Below, piece by piece: positions 43,521-53,605 of a stretch of 64,000 nt of DNA; within the stretch, counting starts at the first letter, position 1; the number at the start of each line of letters is the position of its first letter. The position numbers were made by a program, and so were the translations under genes. The DNA is from an uncultured Gammaproteobacteria bacterium (GTDB taxonomy: Bacteria; Patescibacteriota; Patescibacteriia; Magasanikbacterales; GWA2-37-8), in contig CAZWKA010000003.1 of assembly GCA_964634875.1 (NCBI GenBank), positions 16,591-80,590 on the forward strand. Reading direction: 5' to 3'. Below the pieces are notes generated by a model. The model did no database searches and was not told where the DNA came from. It was given only the letters and a program-made list of their open reading frames with translations.

Positions 43521-44543
43521 CTATACCTGTGAATCAATGGTGGTCAATAGTTTAATGAATTCTTTAGTGTATTTTTGTGGATCAAGCGAAATACGGAAGT
43601 GTGTTTCGGAAATCGGTCGTACTAGGTTGAACGGGGCTTTATCTATGGCGCGTTTAAAATGTTCACGGATATGGGTGTCTGGCTTAATAAGCACAAATGT
43701 CGCATCCGATGAGTAGGCGGTAAAATGCTTGAGCTTGGCAACGCTAGTTATAAAGGTGTTTCGGTCGTTGATGATACGCTCACGCAGTTTTTTATAATAC
43801 CCGGTTGCGCCAAGGGCGGCAATGGCGGTTTCTTCTAATATTCGGCTAAATCCCAAATAATATGGCTGGTAGCCTAATAGTTTTTGCGCTTCGCTGCCAC
43901 AGAGTCCATAGGCGATACGCAGGCCTGCTAACGCGTAGAGCTTGGAAAATGTTCGGGTAATGATTGGGTTTTCGTAATTCGTAACTAGTTTTGTGGCAAG
44001 GGCATCTTCGTTTTTTCCGGCTAGTCCCGCGTAAGCGCCATCAATAATTACTAATGTTTTTTTAGAAATAGCTGTAAGTAATTTTTCTAAATCACGAACG
44101 GCTACAGAGTTGCCGGTGGGGTTGTTGGGCGAAGTAATGAGAATAACTTTTGGTTTTGTTTTTTTATATTGGCGAATACAGTCATCGATATCAAAAATAA
44201 ATTTTTTACCGGTATCGATCATTTTAAAAGTGTTGATAGTAAAGCCTCGGGCAGCCGCGTATTTGTCGTAATAGACATAGTGGTACTCGTGCGTCAGTAC
44301 GGAATCTTTCTTGGGGTCAAGGCTGTTAAAGACAGCGCGCAAAAAATCTTCACTTCCGTAGCTAAGCGCAATCTGGTTTTCGGGAAGTTTAAATTTCTGG
44401 GCGAGTTTTGGAACAAGGAGCGAGGTGTAGTATCCGGCTAAGTACTGCGAAGCGTGGCTTGGTTTAAAATTCTTGAGCACTTTTAAACAGGCCGGAGCAG
44501 GTCCCACGGTCATTTCGTTCCGGTTGAGGAGGATTTGGCGCAT
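43521..44543 (-). CDS. class I/II PLP-dependent aminotransferase (histidinol-phosphate aminotransferase-like)
   Basis: 340 aa. Lys-containing SFSKLYALAGLRIAY motif typical of HisC/CobD-type enzymes. Confidence 0.6.
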   Translation of the reverse strand: MRQILLNRNEMTVGPAPACLKVLKNFKPSHASQYLAGYYTSLLVPKLAQKFKLPENQIALSYGSEDFLRAVFNSLDPKKDSVLTHEYHYVYYDKYAAARGFTINTFKMIDTGKKFIFDIDDCIRQYKKTKPKVILITSPNNPTGNSVAVRDLEKLLTAISKKTLVIIDGAYAGLAGKNEDALATKLVTNYENPIITRTFSKLYALAGLRIAYGLCGSEAQKLLGYQPYYLGFSRILEETAIAALGATGYYKKLRERIINDRNTFITSVAKLKHFTAYSSDATFVLIKPDTHIREHFKRAIDKAPFNLVRPISETHFRISLDPQKYTKEFIKLLTTIDSQV

Positions 44544-44547
44544 ATCT

Positions 44548-45126
44548 TTAGATGAATTTGTCAGCCAATTCAGTATTTCGGTAGTTTATAAAATACTGTA
44601 AAATTGTCTCAAGATCAGTGCTGTCATAGACAACAGACGAAAAATCTATTTTACTAAATTTTTTTTCGCAGAGTTCTTGGAAGAATACCGTTAGTGTTCC
44701 GTAGAAGTTTTTGTAATTATACACTGCAATTGGTTTGTCCAATAATTTGTTTATTTTCCCACCAGCAACAGTTATCAGTTCCTCAATGGTTCCATATCCT
44801 CCGGGCAGAATAAGCATCGCATCGCATGTGCTAATAATCCGATCTTTTCTCTCTCCGATGGTATCTACCATAATCGTTTGGTCTAGATGGGGGTAGGCTT
44901 CGTACCCTTTGGTTACTGCTATTAAATCTTTTGACATTATTCCGATGAGTTCGGTACCGCCAGCTTTTTTGTAGGTCTCAGCTAATTCGAGCATCATCCC
45001 GTAAGCTGTTCCGCCGTAGACGATAGAATGGCCTTTTTCGGCCAGTGTTTTGGCGATGAGGCGAGTAAGTTCGATATACTCGTCACCAACATGCAGGGAA
45101 GAAGTTAGTGAGATACCTATTTTCAT
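44548..45126 (-). CDS. LOG-family protein (cytokinin riboside 5'-monophosphate phosphoribohydrolase-like)
   Basis: PGGYGTIEEL motif within a Rossmann-like context. Confidence 0.7.
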   Translation of the reverse strand: MKIGISLTSSLHVGDEYIELTRLIAKTLAEKGHSIVYGGTAYGMMLELAETYKKAGGTELIGIMSKDLIAVTKGYEAYPHLDQTIMVDTIGERKDRIISTCDAMLILPGGYGTIEELITVAGGKINKLLDKPIAVYNYKNFYGTLTVFFQELCEKKFSKIDFSSVVYDSTDLETILQYFINYRNTELADKFI

Positions 45127-45132
45127 ATAAGT

Positions 45133-45549
45133 TTAGTTAGTAAGATTGATGAGGCTTAGATCGCCGTTGATTACCAGTGGGTTCATGCCCAGTAATTCAT
45201 CGTGTAAAATACCGTCGGGTAGAGGATTATAAAAAAAGATTTTTTTATTCAGTTCAAAAGCTTTGAATACCTCAAGGAAGGTTGCTCCGCCAATATAATT
45301 AGGCTGGCCATTTTTTTCAAAATTGAGCACCAAAATGCCGTCTTGGGGGCGTATTTTAACTTCGTGCTCACGGATAGTGGCGGCTTTCCAGGTGAGGTAT
45401 TCGGCGCTGCCAGGAGTAAACGAAGCTTCTTTACCGGGTTCGTTGTAGCTAATCGGAAGGGTAATTTCGTGCCCACTGTCTTCCAAAATTTTTTTGATTG
45501 GTGAAATTTTATCGTAAAATGATTTGCTGCAGCAGATAAAAATTTTCAT
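45133..45549 (-). CDS. nucleoside 2-deoxyribosyltransferase-like protein (putative)
   Basis: 138 aa starting MKIFICCSKSF. Weak resemblance to NDT/DUF4406 flavodoxin-like proteins. Confidence 0.35.
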   Translation of the reverse strand: MKIFICCSKSFYDKISPIKKILEDSGHEITLPISYNEPGKEASFTPGSAEYLTWKAATIREHEVKIRPQDGILVLNFEKNGQPNYIGGATFLEVFKAFELNKKIFFYNPLPDGILHDELLGMNPLVINGDLSLINLTN

Positions 45550-45812
45550 ACTACTGTTTATTTTTTTGACTTAGTTTGCTGTATGATTCGAGTGTGGGGC
45601 AGTGTCAAGTTTAAGAAGCGCTGTTCCTCGCGCACTCCCTCCGGGGTTAACAAAATTTAACAATAGAAAAACAGGAGTCAGGACTTTTGTTGCGGTCTAC
45701 GAAAAAATCGCTGAACTTGTCGTTTCCCATACGTTACCATACAACCCCTATCATTTCTAGGTCAAAATAATTGCTTTTTTTACTATACTAAGGTAGGTTT
45801 AGCCCAAGGAGC

Positions 45813-46226
45813 GTGGATATGAAGAACATCATTTTTGCTTCCTTGGCAGTTTCCTGTGGCATTGGATGTGCGCATCAGCCGCGCGTGGCTCCGCTACTGC
45901 CGGTCAAATCACGCCCAGGCCTTAACCGCGAGAAGATCCTGGTCGAAGTTGCTCCCTCAAACTTGTTTGGGCAGCATTATGCAGGCCTTCGGGCTGTGGT
46001 CATATCATTTCAGCCCCAAGAACGTGTCTGGACGTATTCTGGGGGCAACTATGGCCGTACCCCGGTATGCCCCGGTGAGCGTTCGGTGCCATTTTTTTTC
46101 CAGCCGCGTCCAGAGTACGTGTCTCCGGACCTGCGCAACCTCAAAACAGGGCGACGAGCCAAAATGTACTTTTTTCCAAGTACAACCAGGCAAGTTGAGG
46201 TGATCTTTATTTGTCCGGATATGTAG
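45813..46226 (+). CDS. small lipoprotein/secreted protein in a moderately GC-elevated segment
   Basis: Signal peptide MKNIIFASLAVSCGIGCA. No homolog recognised. Confidence 0.4.
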   Translation: MDMKNIIFASLAVSCGIGCAHQPRVAPLLPVKSRPGLNREKILVEVAPSNLFGQHYAGLRAVVISFQPQERVWTYSGGNYGRTPVCPGERSVPFFFQPRPEYVSPDLRNLKTGRRAKMYFFPSTTRQVEVIFICPDM

Positions 46227-46376
46227 CTAACCCTGCCTCCATGGTGTGCGTGGGGTTAGAAAAAGATGTATATTAAAAAATCCCTCCTACCGATATTCGT
46301 TCGCTACCTGCGGGGACGAGTGTTGGCGAGGGATTTTTTATTTTTTAACGGCTGCTATGTGGGATGTATAGCTGTG

Positions 46377-46447
46377 TTCGGGGACCAGGATTCGAACCTA
46401 GATACACAGCTTCAGAGGCTGTAGTCCTACCATTAGACGATCCCCGA
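46377..46447 (-). tRNA. tRNA-Gln (anticodon CTG)
   Basis: On the minus strand. Acceptor TCGGGGA/TCCCCGA, D-stem GTCT/GGAC, anticodon stem ACAGC/GCTGT with loop CTCTGAA, T-arm GGTTCGAATCC. Confidence 0.7.
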
Positions 46448-46459
46448 ATTTTTGTTGTA

Positions 46460-47200
46460 CTACTCTTCTTTTGAGCTGGTGAAGAGCACTGTTGGTTCAC
46501 CGCTCGTTTTTTGGGTAGCATGACTATAGTCATGCAGTGTGTCCAAGATTGTAGCATATGGATAGCGCGAGTCAAGCCCGCCCTCCCACCCGTTATCATT
46601 AACGATAAACTCCCGTTTTTGTTCGTCAAAACCAACTAAAACCATCATGTGGTACGATGAGCCGGTTGGTAGAAAGTTGAGGCGTGGGTTATTGAGTCCA
46701 AAGCCGTAGTGGAGGGAAATCACGGGACGGCCAGCGGCGATTTCGGTTTTAATTTCTTTTAAGGTGGGGTTGCGTTTGATAGTTGCTGTAAACGAAGTTG
46801 CTTCGTTGATAAGGCGGGCAGTTTCGGCTGCATCCGTATTGGCGTTATAGCCAAATTTTTTGTTTTCCCACGCCACGAGTTCTAAGATGCGCTTTTCTTC
46901 TTCGGCGCGATTAGCTGGTTTTGTGCCGCGGTAAAATTGTTCAACCATGGCAACGCTAGCCTCTTCACAGGCGTTATTCCAGGGTTTTGTCCAATTATTA
47001 TTAACTACTTCAGGTATGAAAGGTACGTCTAAATTAACCACCGTCTGTTCCTTTTCCTCGCTGGGCTTGGGAGGTGTGGGAGTGGAAGAGGTGGTTTTGT
47101 CAGGGGTGGACGTTTCGATCGTGGTGGTGTGTGGAAGTGTTGGTTTGCCACAGCCGGAAAGCAGGGAAACAGCAGTAAGAAGGAGGAACAGTCTTTTCAT
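46460..47200 (-). CDS. lipoprotein with papain-like Peptidase_C39-like (BtrH-like) domain
   Basis: Lipobox LLSGC. Cys in NNACEEASVAMV and His in SSYHMMVLVG are separated by about 110 aa. Confidence 0.55.
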   Translation of the reverse strand: MKRLFLLLTAVSLLSGCGKPTLPHTTTIETSTPDKTTSSTPTPPKPSEEKEQTVVNLDVPFIPEVVNNNWTKPWNNACEEASVAMVEQFYRGTKPANRAEEEKRILELVAWENKKFGYNANTDAAETARLINEATSFTATIKRNPTLKEIKTEIAAGRPVISLHYGFGLNNPRLNFLPTGSSYHMMVLVGFDEQKREFIVNDNGWEGGLDSRYPYATILDTLHDYSHATQKTSGEPTVLFTSSKEE

Positions 47201-47206
47201 ATGCGG

Positions 47207-48862
47207 TTAGCTTACCAGTTCGCCGCCAAATTCGCTAGCCAGCGTATTAAGGGTCGTATCTGGTGTAGCAGCTCCATAGGGTGAGGCGGCGGGTACTACC
47301 TTAGAATTGAGATTTATTTTTTCATTACATAATTTTTCGAGCGCGTCTTCAACGGCGCGGCGGTTTTTGTGCTCTTCTAGTTTTTCTTTATGGAAAGCAT
47401 AAGGGACGGCGAGGTGCAGTCCTTCGTGGTCGATGCTTTCAATTGAAGACATTTTCAAGATAAATGTCAGTGAGTGGTTAGTTTCGGAGAGTTTAGTCAT
47501 CAGGTCGTTCCATTTACTTTTAATATCTTCAAGCGTCGTGGTTGGAGGTTGGTGGTGGCCGGTAAGTGTGGAAAGGGCTGATTTGATTGACTGGCCAATG
47601 CTTTGTTCGGGTATCTTTTCTGATTCGGCTAGTGGCTGTGGTTCCACCATCTGTTTTACGGGGGCGGCTTTTAGAGGGGTGGTGGTCTGGGTCGCTGGTT
47701 GTGCGGCAGCGGAAGCTGTGGAGCGTAATCCAACTGTTGGTGGGGTAATCGGTGCTGCTTCAGGGGAATGGCAGAATTCTACTGCCAAGAGTTCTAGTGG
47801 TAAAAGGGGAAAGGGCGCACTTTTCATTTCGTTGCGTCGTTTGATGGCCAGGTCCAGAAGCCGAACTAGAGACGGTGCAGAAATTGCGACGCTTGTTTTT
47901 TCAAGCGCACCAAGTGTTTCGGTGCTGTAGAGACCCGAGAAAAAACTAGTGTCTTTGGTGCTTTGGATAATCAGGAGTGCGTGGAGCATTTCAATAAGGT
48001 CAAGCGCAAATTGTTGGGTGTTTGCTCCTTCAGTATGGAGTCTGCCTAGGAGTTTTACTGCTTCTGTGCTATTGAGTGCGATTAAGTGTCCGGTGAATTC
48101 GAGTACTCGAACTGTGTCGGAGCTCGGCAAGATCATTTCAGCATCAGCCTCACTGATTTTTTTTCCACCCGGGGTGGTGAGTGACAATATCTGGCCAAGC
48201 AAACTTTCGGCGTCGCGCAAGCCTCCTTCGCTTTTCCTGATAATGCGGTCAAGCACTACTTCGTCAACGGTTACCCCTTCGGCAGTAGTAATTTTTTTCA
48301 AACATTCCTTCATGAGGGCGTACGGGATGTTTTGAAAGTGAAATCGCTCGCAACGGGAGACAACGGTGGCAGGTAGTTTGTGAAGTTCGGTAGTAGCTAA
48401 AATAAAAATAGCATGCTTCGGAGGTTCTTCCAGCGTTTTTAAGAGCGCGTTGAACGAGCTGGTTGAAAGCATGTGGACTTCATCGATGATAAAGATTTTG
48501 TATTTTGAAGCTGTTGGTTTAAATTGAGCATTTTCAATGATGTTTTCGCGGACATTGTCTACACCGGTTTGTGAAGCAGCGTCAACTTCAATAACATCAA
48601 TACTGCGACCTGCTGTGATATCTGTGCATGACCGGCAGGTGTCGCAGGGCTCAGCGCTGTCTACGGGGCGGTTTTGACAATTGATGGCCTTGCTGACCAG
48701 GCGGGCAATTGTTGTTTTACCCGTACCGCGTGGCCCATAGAAAAGATAGGCATGGGAGACGGTGCCACGTTTAATTTCGTTTTGGAGTGTTTGGAGGATG
48801 TGTTCTTGCCCAAAGACTGAAGAAAAATTTTGAGGACGGTATTTGCGGTAGAGTGTAGTCAT
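47207..48862 (-). CDS. dnaX: DNA polymerase III subunit gamma/tau
   Basis: YRPQNFSSVFGQEH, GPRGTGKTT, zinc module CDTCRSC, DEVHMLS. Confidence 0.9.
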   Translation of the reverse strand: MTTLYRKYRPQNFSSVFGQEHILQTLQNEIKRGTVSHAYLFYGPRGTGKTTIARLVSKAINCQNRPVDSAEPCDTCRSCTDITAGRSIDVIEVDAASQTGVDNVRENIIENAQFKPTASKYKIFIIDEVHMLSTSSFNALLKTLEEPPKHAIFILATTELHKLPATVVSRCERFHFQNIPYALMKECLKKITTAEGVTVDEVVLDRIIRKSEGGLRDAESLLGQILSLTTPGGKKISEADAEMILPSSDTVRVLEFTGHLIALNSTEAVKLLGRLHTEGANTQQFALDLIEMLHALLIIQSTKDTSFFSGLYSTETLGALEKTSVAISAPSLVRLLDLAIKRRNEMKSAPFPLLPLELLAVEFCHSPEAAPITPPTVGLRSTASAAAQPATQTTTPLKAAPVKQMVEPQPLAESEKIPEQSIGQSIKSALSTLTGHHQPPTTTLEDIKSKWNDLMTKLSETNHSLTFILKMSSIESIDHEGLHLAVPYAFHKEKLEEHKNRRAVEDALEKLCNEKINLNSKVVPAASPYGAATPDTTLNTLASEFGGELVS

Positions 48863-48942
48863 ATCAGAAAGTGAGAAGCTAAAAACGAAAAGTGTAAAAT
48901 ATTGGTGTCGCCGCGACGACTCGATTATTTTTAGTTTTTATT

Positions 48943-51498
48943 TTATAACGTAGCTTCGCTGAAATCTATATCATCAGGTTTGCTGGAACCAAGCTGGGCA
49001 CGATCCATGATTTCGGCATTGACGATCTCGCGCGGACGGCCATATTTGAGGCGGGAAAGTTCTTTGATGGCAGCCGCTAGTTCCTTGTTACCTTCTTTGG
49101 GACCGTATGTCAACATATTAAAAGGTTTGGCAGCAGTATTGTCGATAAGAAGTTTAATATACGCAGTATATTGTTCGACGTTAATCAGGTCGTACGCACC
49201 AAATACAGGCGCGAATTCCTTGGCGAGAACTTCGGCGTCTTCAACACCGATACGGAAGGAAACAAGTGTGCCCGCGTTACCAAGCACGGCGTCGCGCACT
49301 GTGGTTTTACCTTTGTTGTCTTCAAGTTGCTTCATGTACTGGTGGGCAATGATTAACTCTAAGCGATACTTGCGAGCTTCGGATAAAATGGTGGCAATCG
49401 AGTCAGTAATAAAGTTTTGGAACTCATCGATGTAGAGGAAAAAGTCGTTGCGCTGGTCTTCTGGAAGCGAGGCGCGCTCCAGGGCAGCCATCTGAAGTTT
49501 GCTTACAATAATCATGCCCATCAGGTTGGCATTAATTTCACCCACTAAACCTTTGGCTAGGTTAACGAGGAGAATTTTTTTACCATCCATCACTTCGCGG
49601 AAATTAAAGCCGGAATGTGATTGGCCGATGATGTTACGAACCATTTCGTTTTCAACAAAACGTCCGACTTTGGAGATGAGATAGCCGAGCATTTCTGATT
49701 TGTGGAAGTCAGATGTTTTAGCCATTTCTTTATCCCAATAAGCGCGCACCACCGGATCTTTCAGTTTTTTCTTCCACTGATTTACAAAGGTGTCGTCGCT
49801 GAACATGCGGGGAATTTCAGCAATAGTGCCCGGGTTTTCAAGGTCCGACATGAGGGTTAACATGACGTTGCGCATGTTATGCTCAAACATTGGACCGATC
49901 ATCGACGGATCAGTAACCATTTTATAAAAAATGGAGATCATTTCTTGAGTGGCAAAGTCTTTTTGTTCCTCGCTTCTGACCTCGAGCATGTTCAGGCCGA
50001 TCGGGCGTTCAATGTCTGAGGGGTTGAAATAAATAACATCGTCGGCACGCTCTTTGGGGACGTGTTGCAGTACGTATTCGACAAAGTCACCGTGGGGATC
50101 GATAACACAGACCCCCTCACCGTTTTGGATGTCTTGAACTGCCAGGTTTTGGATAAAGACCGATTTACCGCCACCCGATTTACCGATGACATAGAGGTGT
50201 CGCCGGCGGTCGGAAACTTTCATTTTTACGAGTGTTTCTTCGCCACGGTACATGGCGCGTCCTAAGAGGAGGCCTTCTTTAGGCATGTTGGCTGGCGGCG
50301 GCGCTTTACGGGCTCCGAGCCAGTTAATGTGAGGGGTTTCGGTGTGAGGGACGGGAAGGTGCCAAAAACTAGCCATCTCCTCGGTATTCATAACCATGTA
50401 AAAACCTTCGCGCATGGAGCGATAGATCGACTCTTGGATCAGTGCGGTTTGGCGACGGGGGATGGCTGCGCCAAACGAATTGCCGTAACGGTAAATATTG
50501 TACTGGCTGAAGGAGTTGATGATGTTCTCAAGATTCAATTGGGCTTTTTCTTTGCTAGCAGCTGAGCTGATGAGGCGGATTGTAACTTCAAGTCCGCCGT
50601 GGCTGATTTTTTCTTCCATGTTTTTGACCATCTCTTCTTCCATTTGGGTGAGGTGGTATTTTTCACTGGCTGGTTTACTTGGGTCGTGCTTTTTTGGGAA
50701 AAGCAATTTGCCCAACTTCCCAATTTGGTGGAAAAAAGCGATGCGGTTGGCAACATCCTCAAATTTTTGGCCTTCGCGGATTTCGCGGATGATGTGCACA
50801 GCTTCATGGCGCCATTTTCCGCTGGCTGGACGGACGACATATTGGATGATAGCACCTTCATCTTCAGCGATTTTGCTCAGCGGGTTGAGGATGGAAAGAA
50901 GCGGGTCAGCGTCCATTTTTTTGTAGGTTTTGAAAGGAAAAATTGATTTGTGTTTGAACCACAAATAAGCTCCAACAACATGGCTCGTTGGCTTAAAAAT
51001 GTTATAATCGCTTTCCTCGGTAATTTCGGCGTGTGGATACTGGGCATGGATTTGTTGTTCGACCAGGTCGCGGATTTTATCAGGTACGGCAACGTAAAAT
51101 GAGATTTTGTTTTCTTTTACGACAATTTCAAAAGCAATATGGTCATTGCGTCCGCGCAGCCAAGGGCCCAGTCCTTTTTCTTTGTGCAAACCGGCGATGG
51201 AAGAAAAGAAAGTGTCAGCAACGGCGATTTGTTCACGGACCTGGTTGATATTGTCTTCATTGCCACCTTCTTGTTTTTCACTTTTTCTTTCTTTGGGGAC
51301 ACGGATAAGGAAGATGGTGCGGTGGAATGCCTTGCCTGCTTTATTTTTAGCGTGCAAAACCCCTCGAGCCGTAAACAAAATAGCCAGGAAAATTCCGACT
51401 ATGATAAGGCAGAAGAAAATAGCCGCGCTAATCGGGCTCGCTAGAGCGGCGTTGGCCGCTTCCCTTAGAAAATCAATAAAAGGGGTCAAGAGTTCCAT
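48943..51498 (-). CDS. membrane-anchored FtsK/HerA-superfamily ATPase, VirB4/TraC-like (N-terminal TM + ~420-aa domain + P-loop NTPase)
   Basis: Walker A VIGKSGGGKS, Walker B FFLYIDEF, then EARKYRLELIIAHQY (RKxG...TQ-like). Confidence 0.55.
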   Translation of the reverse strand: MELLTPFIDFLREAANAALASPISAAIFFCLIIVGIFLAILFTARGVLHAKNKAGKAFHRTIFLIRVPKERKSEKQEGGNEDNINQVREQIAVADTFFSSIAGLHKEKGLGPWLRGRNDHIAFEIVVKENKISFYVAVPDKIRDLVEQQIHAQYPHAEITEESDYNIFKPTSHVVGAYLWFKHKSIFPFKTYKKMDADPLLSILNPLSKIAEDEGAIIQYVVRPASGKWRHEAVHIIREIREGQKFEDVANRIAFFHQIGKLGKLLFPKKHDPSKPASEKYHLTQMEEEMVKNMEEKISHGGLEVTIRLISSAASKEKAQLNLENIINSFSQYNIYRYGNSFGAAIPRRQTALIQESIYRSMREGFYMVMNTEEMASFWHLPVPHTETPHINWLGARKAPPPANMPKEGLLLGRAMYRGEETLVKMKVSDRRRHLYVIGKSGGGKSVFIQNLAVQDIQNGEGVCVIDPHGDFVEYVLQHVPKERADDVIYFNPSDIERPIGLNMLEVRSEEQKDFATQEMISIFYKMVTDPSMIGPMFEHNMRNVMLTLMSDLENPGTIAEIPRMFSDDTFVNQWKKKLKDPVVRAYWDKEMAKTSDFHKSEMLGYLISKVGRFVENEMVRNIIGQSHSGFNFREVMDGKKILLVNLAKGLVGEINANLMGMIIVSKLQMAALERASLPEDQRNDFFLYIDEFQNFITDSIATILSEARKYRLELIIAHQYMKQLEDNKGKTTVRDAVLGNAGTLVSFRIGVEDAEVLAKEFAPVFGAYDLINVEQYTAYIKLLIDNTAAKPFNMLTYGPKEGNKELAAAIKELSRLKYGRPREIVNAEIMDRAQLGSSKPDDIDFSEATL

Positions 51499-51524
51499 GC
51501 CGGAAACTTAAGGAGTCAAATATT

Positions 51525-52025
51525 TTATTTTTTGATGTGCACGATCCGATCGGTTTTGATCTTTGCTTCTTGTTCCAGGAAAAAACGGTTCACACCCGGC
51601 AGTAATTTAAGCCATTCAAAAATAAGCTTAAAGATTTTTTTAGCTTTGATATGGGTTGAAAGCATGAGTTCTCGGATTTTGAGAGCCACTTCTTCACCTT
51701 TGATCTTAAATTCCTGTTTAGCGACAGGGGAGAGTCGTTGGTAAGAATCCCCCAGGCCTTCTTCAAGAACTTTTTCAATACTGATGGTGATCTCGTCGCG
51801 TTTGACGGGGATGACTACTTTTTTAGGGCGGTGCAGGCTCGGAAAATGAAAACGAGCCTCGGGGTTTTTACCTGGGCCAGTGGATTTTTCATTCCCAGAA
51901 GGCTCCTCACGCAGGACTTCATGGGCGCGTTCCGGGCTCGGGGTGCTTTTCCCTTGTTCGGGGCCAGGAGCGTTTTTTGGTTTTTCAAATCGAGAGGGCG
52001 AGAGTGGAAGTTCGTTGTCACTCAT
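51525..52025 (-). CDS. hypothetical protein upstream of and co-oriented with the VirB4-like ATPase
   Basis: ORF with an ATG at 52025. The ORF track extends it to a TTG at 52064. Charged, Lys-rich C-terminus. Confidence 0.4.
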   Translation of the reverse strand: MSDNELPLSPSRFEKPKNAPGPEQGKSTPSPERAHEVLREEPSGNEKSTGPGKNPEARFHFPSLHRPKKVVIPVKRDEITISIEKVLEEGLGDSYQRLSPVAKQEFKIKGEEVALKIRELMLSTHIKAKKIFKLIFEWLKLLPGVNRFFLEQEAKIKTDRIVHIKK

Positions 52026-52207
52026 AGTGCTCACTAGTGTAGCATGTTTTTTGCCCAACAACAATATCTTGTGGGAGCGAAATTTAAAAGTATGTTACTC
52101 TCGGTTTGTCATTCTGAGTGAAGCGAAGAACCTCTTCGAAAAGTCTTTCTGTATCCTGAGGCGGACATTGATCGGTCAGCGGTTCGGGGGCGGATTGGTT
52201 CTCTTTA

Positions 52208-53605
52208 TTACTGGGTTTTCACGACAGTGCCTTCTTTTGTATCTTCCACTTCATAACCTAAGTTTTCAATTTCTTGCCGGAGACGGTCGCTTTCAGACCA
52301 GTTTTTGGTTGTGCGGGCTTCGTCGCGCTGAGTTATTAAAGTTTGAATAGTAGCTGGTATAGTTGTTACTTTTTTGTGTAAGATAGGTTCTTCTAAGTTA
52401 TCTTCAATTTTAAGACCAAGAACTTGGTCGAAATGGGATAGAGTTTGAAAATCAATTGCTTCTTGTTCAAACGCTGTCCAAATTGACGCAAGGGCTGATG
52501 GTAAATCTAAGTCGTTGTTTACATGCTTAATAAAGGTGTCTTTAGTTTTTTGCAAGACATCGGGTGATATAGTTTTGTTTTCTTTTTTAAGCCAACGAGC
52601 TTCGCTGTAAAAATGCTCCAGGCCGGTTTTTCCTCCTGCAAGAGTGTCCCAATTAAAGGTGAGTTGTTTTCGATAGTGTGTTTGCAAACAAATAAACCGA
52701 TAGGCAAGGGGAGGGATATCCTTATCTTTTAAGGATTGGAGCGTTAAAAAGTTCTCGCCCGATTTGGCCATTTTTTCGCCATTTGGAATAACTAAAAATT
52801 CGCCGTGCATCCAGTAATTGGCCAAAGGTTTTCCTTCGGCTGCTTCGCTTTGGGCGATTTCGTTGGTATGGTGGACGGGGATATGGTCAATGCCGCCGCA
52901 GTGGATGTCGAAGGGCTGGCCTAGATATTTGGTGGCCATGGCCGAGCATTCAATGTGCCAACCAGGGAAGCCAATGCCCCAGGGGCTTTCCCATTCCATT
53001 TGGCGTTTGGTAGTGTGATCCGAAAATTTCCAGAGGGCGAAGTCGGTGGGGCTTTTTTTATCTCCAATTTCCACTCGCGCACCTGCCTGCAGGTGTTTAA
53101 GATCGAGTTTGGCTAGCTTACCGTAGTCTGGGAGCTTGGTGGTATCAAAATATATCCCGTCTGAAGTCGGGTAAGTAAAACCTTTTTGTTCTAATTTTTG
53201 GATTAAATCAATTTGTTCGGGAATGTGATCGGTGGCTTTACACCAGGTGTTTGGCGGAATGATGTTTAAATCCGCGAGGTCGTGTTCAAAAGCCTGAGTG
53301 TAAAATTTGGCAATATCCCAGGCACTTTTACCCTCGCGCGCAGCACCTTTTTCCATTTTGTCTTCTCCGCTGTCGGCGTCGTCGGTGAGGTGTCCGACGT
53401 CAGTAATATTCATGACGTGGTTAACCTGGTAGCTGTTATAGACCAACACCCGCTTAAGAACGTCTTCGAAGATGTAGGTGCGTAAGTTGCCGATGTGGGC
53501 GTAGTTATAGACTGTCGGTCCGCAGGTGTACAATCTAACCAAACCAGGTTTGGAGGGTGCAAAGGCCTGTTTTTTTCGGTCCATTGTGTTGTAAAGCTCA
53601 AGCAT
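52208..53605 (-). CDS. cysS: cysteine--tRNA ligase
   Basis: HIGNLRTY (HIGH-type) and KMAKSGENF (KMSKS) motifs. Confidence 0.9.
   Translation of the reverse strand: MLELYNTMDRKKQAFAPSKPGLVRLYTCGPTVYNYAHIGNLRTYIFEDVLKRVLVYNSYQVNHVMNITDVGHLTDDADSGEDKMEKGAAREGKSAWDIAKFYTQAFEHDLADLNIIPPNTWCKATDHIPEQIDLIQKLEQKGFTYPTSDGIYFDTTKLPDYGKLAKLDLKHLQAGARVEIGDKKSPTDFALWKFSDHTTKRQMEWESPWGIGFPGWHIECSAMATKYLGQPFDIHCGGIDHIPVHHTNEIAQSEAAEGKPLANYWMHGEFLVIPNGEKMAKSGENFLTLQSLKDKDIPPLAYRFICLQTHYRKQLTFNWDTLAGGKTGLEHFYSEARWLKKENKTISPDVLQKTKDTFIKHVNNDLDLPSALASIWTAFEQEAIDFQTLSHFDQVLGLKIEDNLEEPILHKKVTTIPATIQTLITQRDEARTTKNWSESDRLRQEIENLGYEVEDTKEGTVVKTQ

Noticed and set aside
52066-52207. tmRNA, SRP RNA, RNase P RNA or 6S RNA in this intergenic region
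   Set aside because: No conserved tmRNA tRNA-like end, no SRP domain IV motif and no RNase P P4 elements were recognisable. Only generic small hairpins are present.
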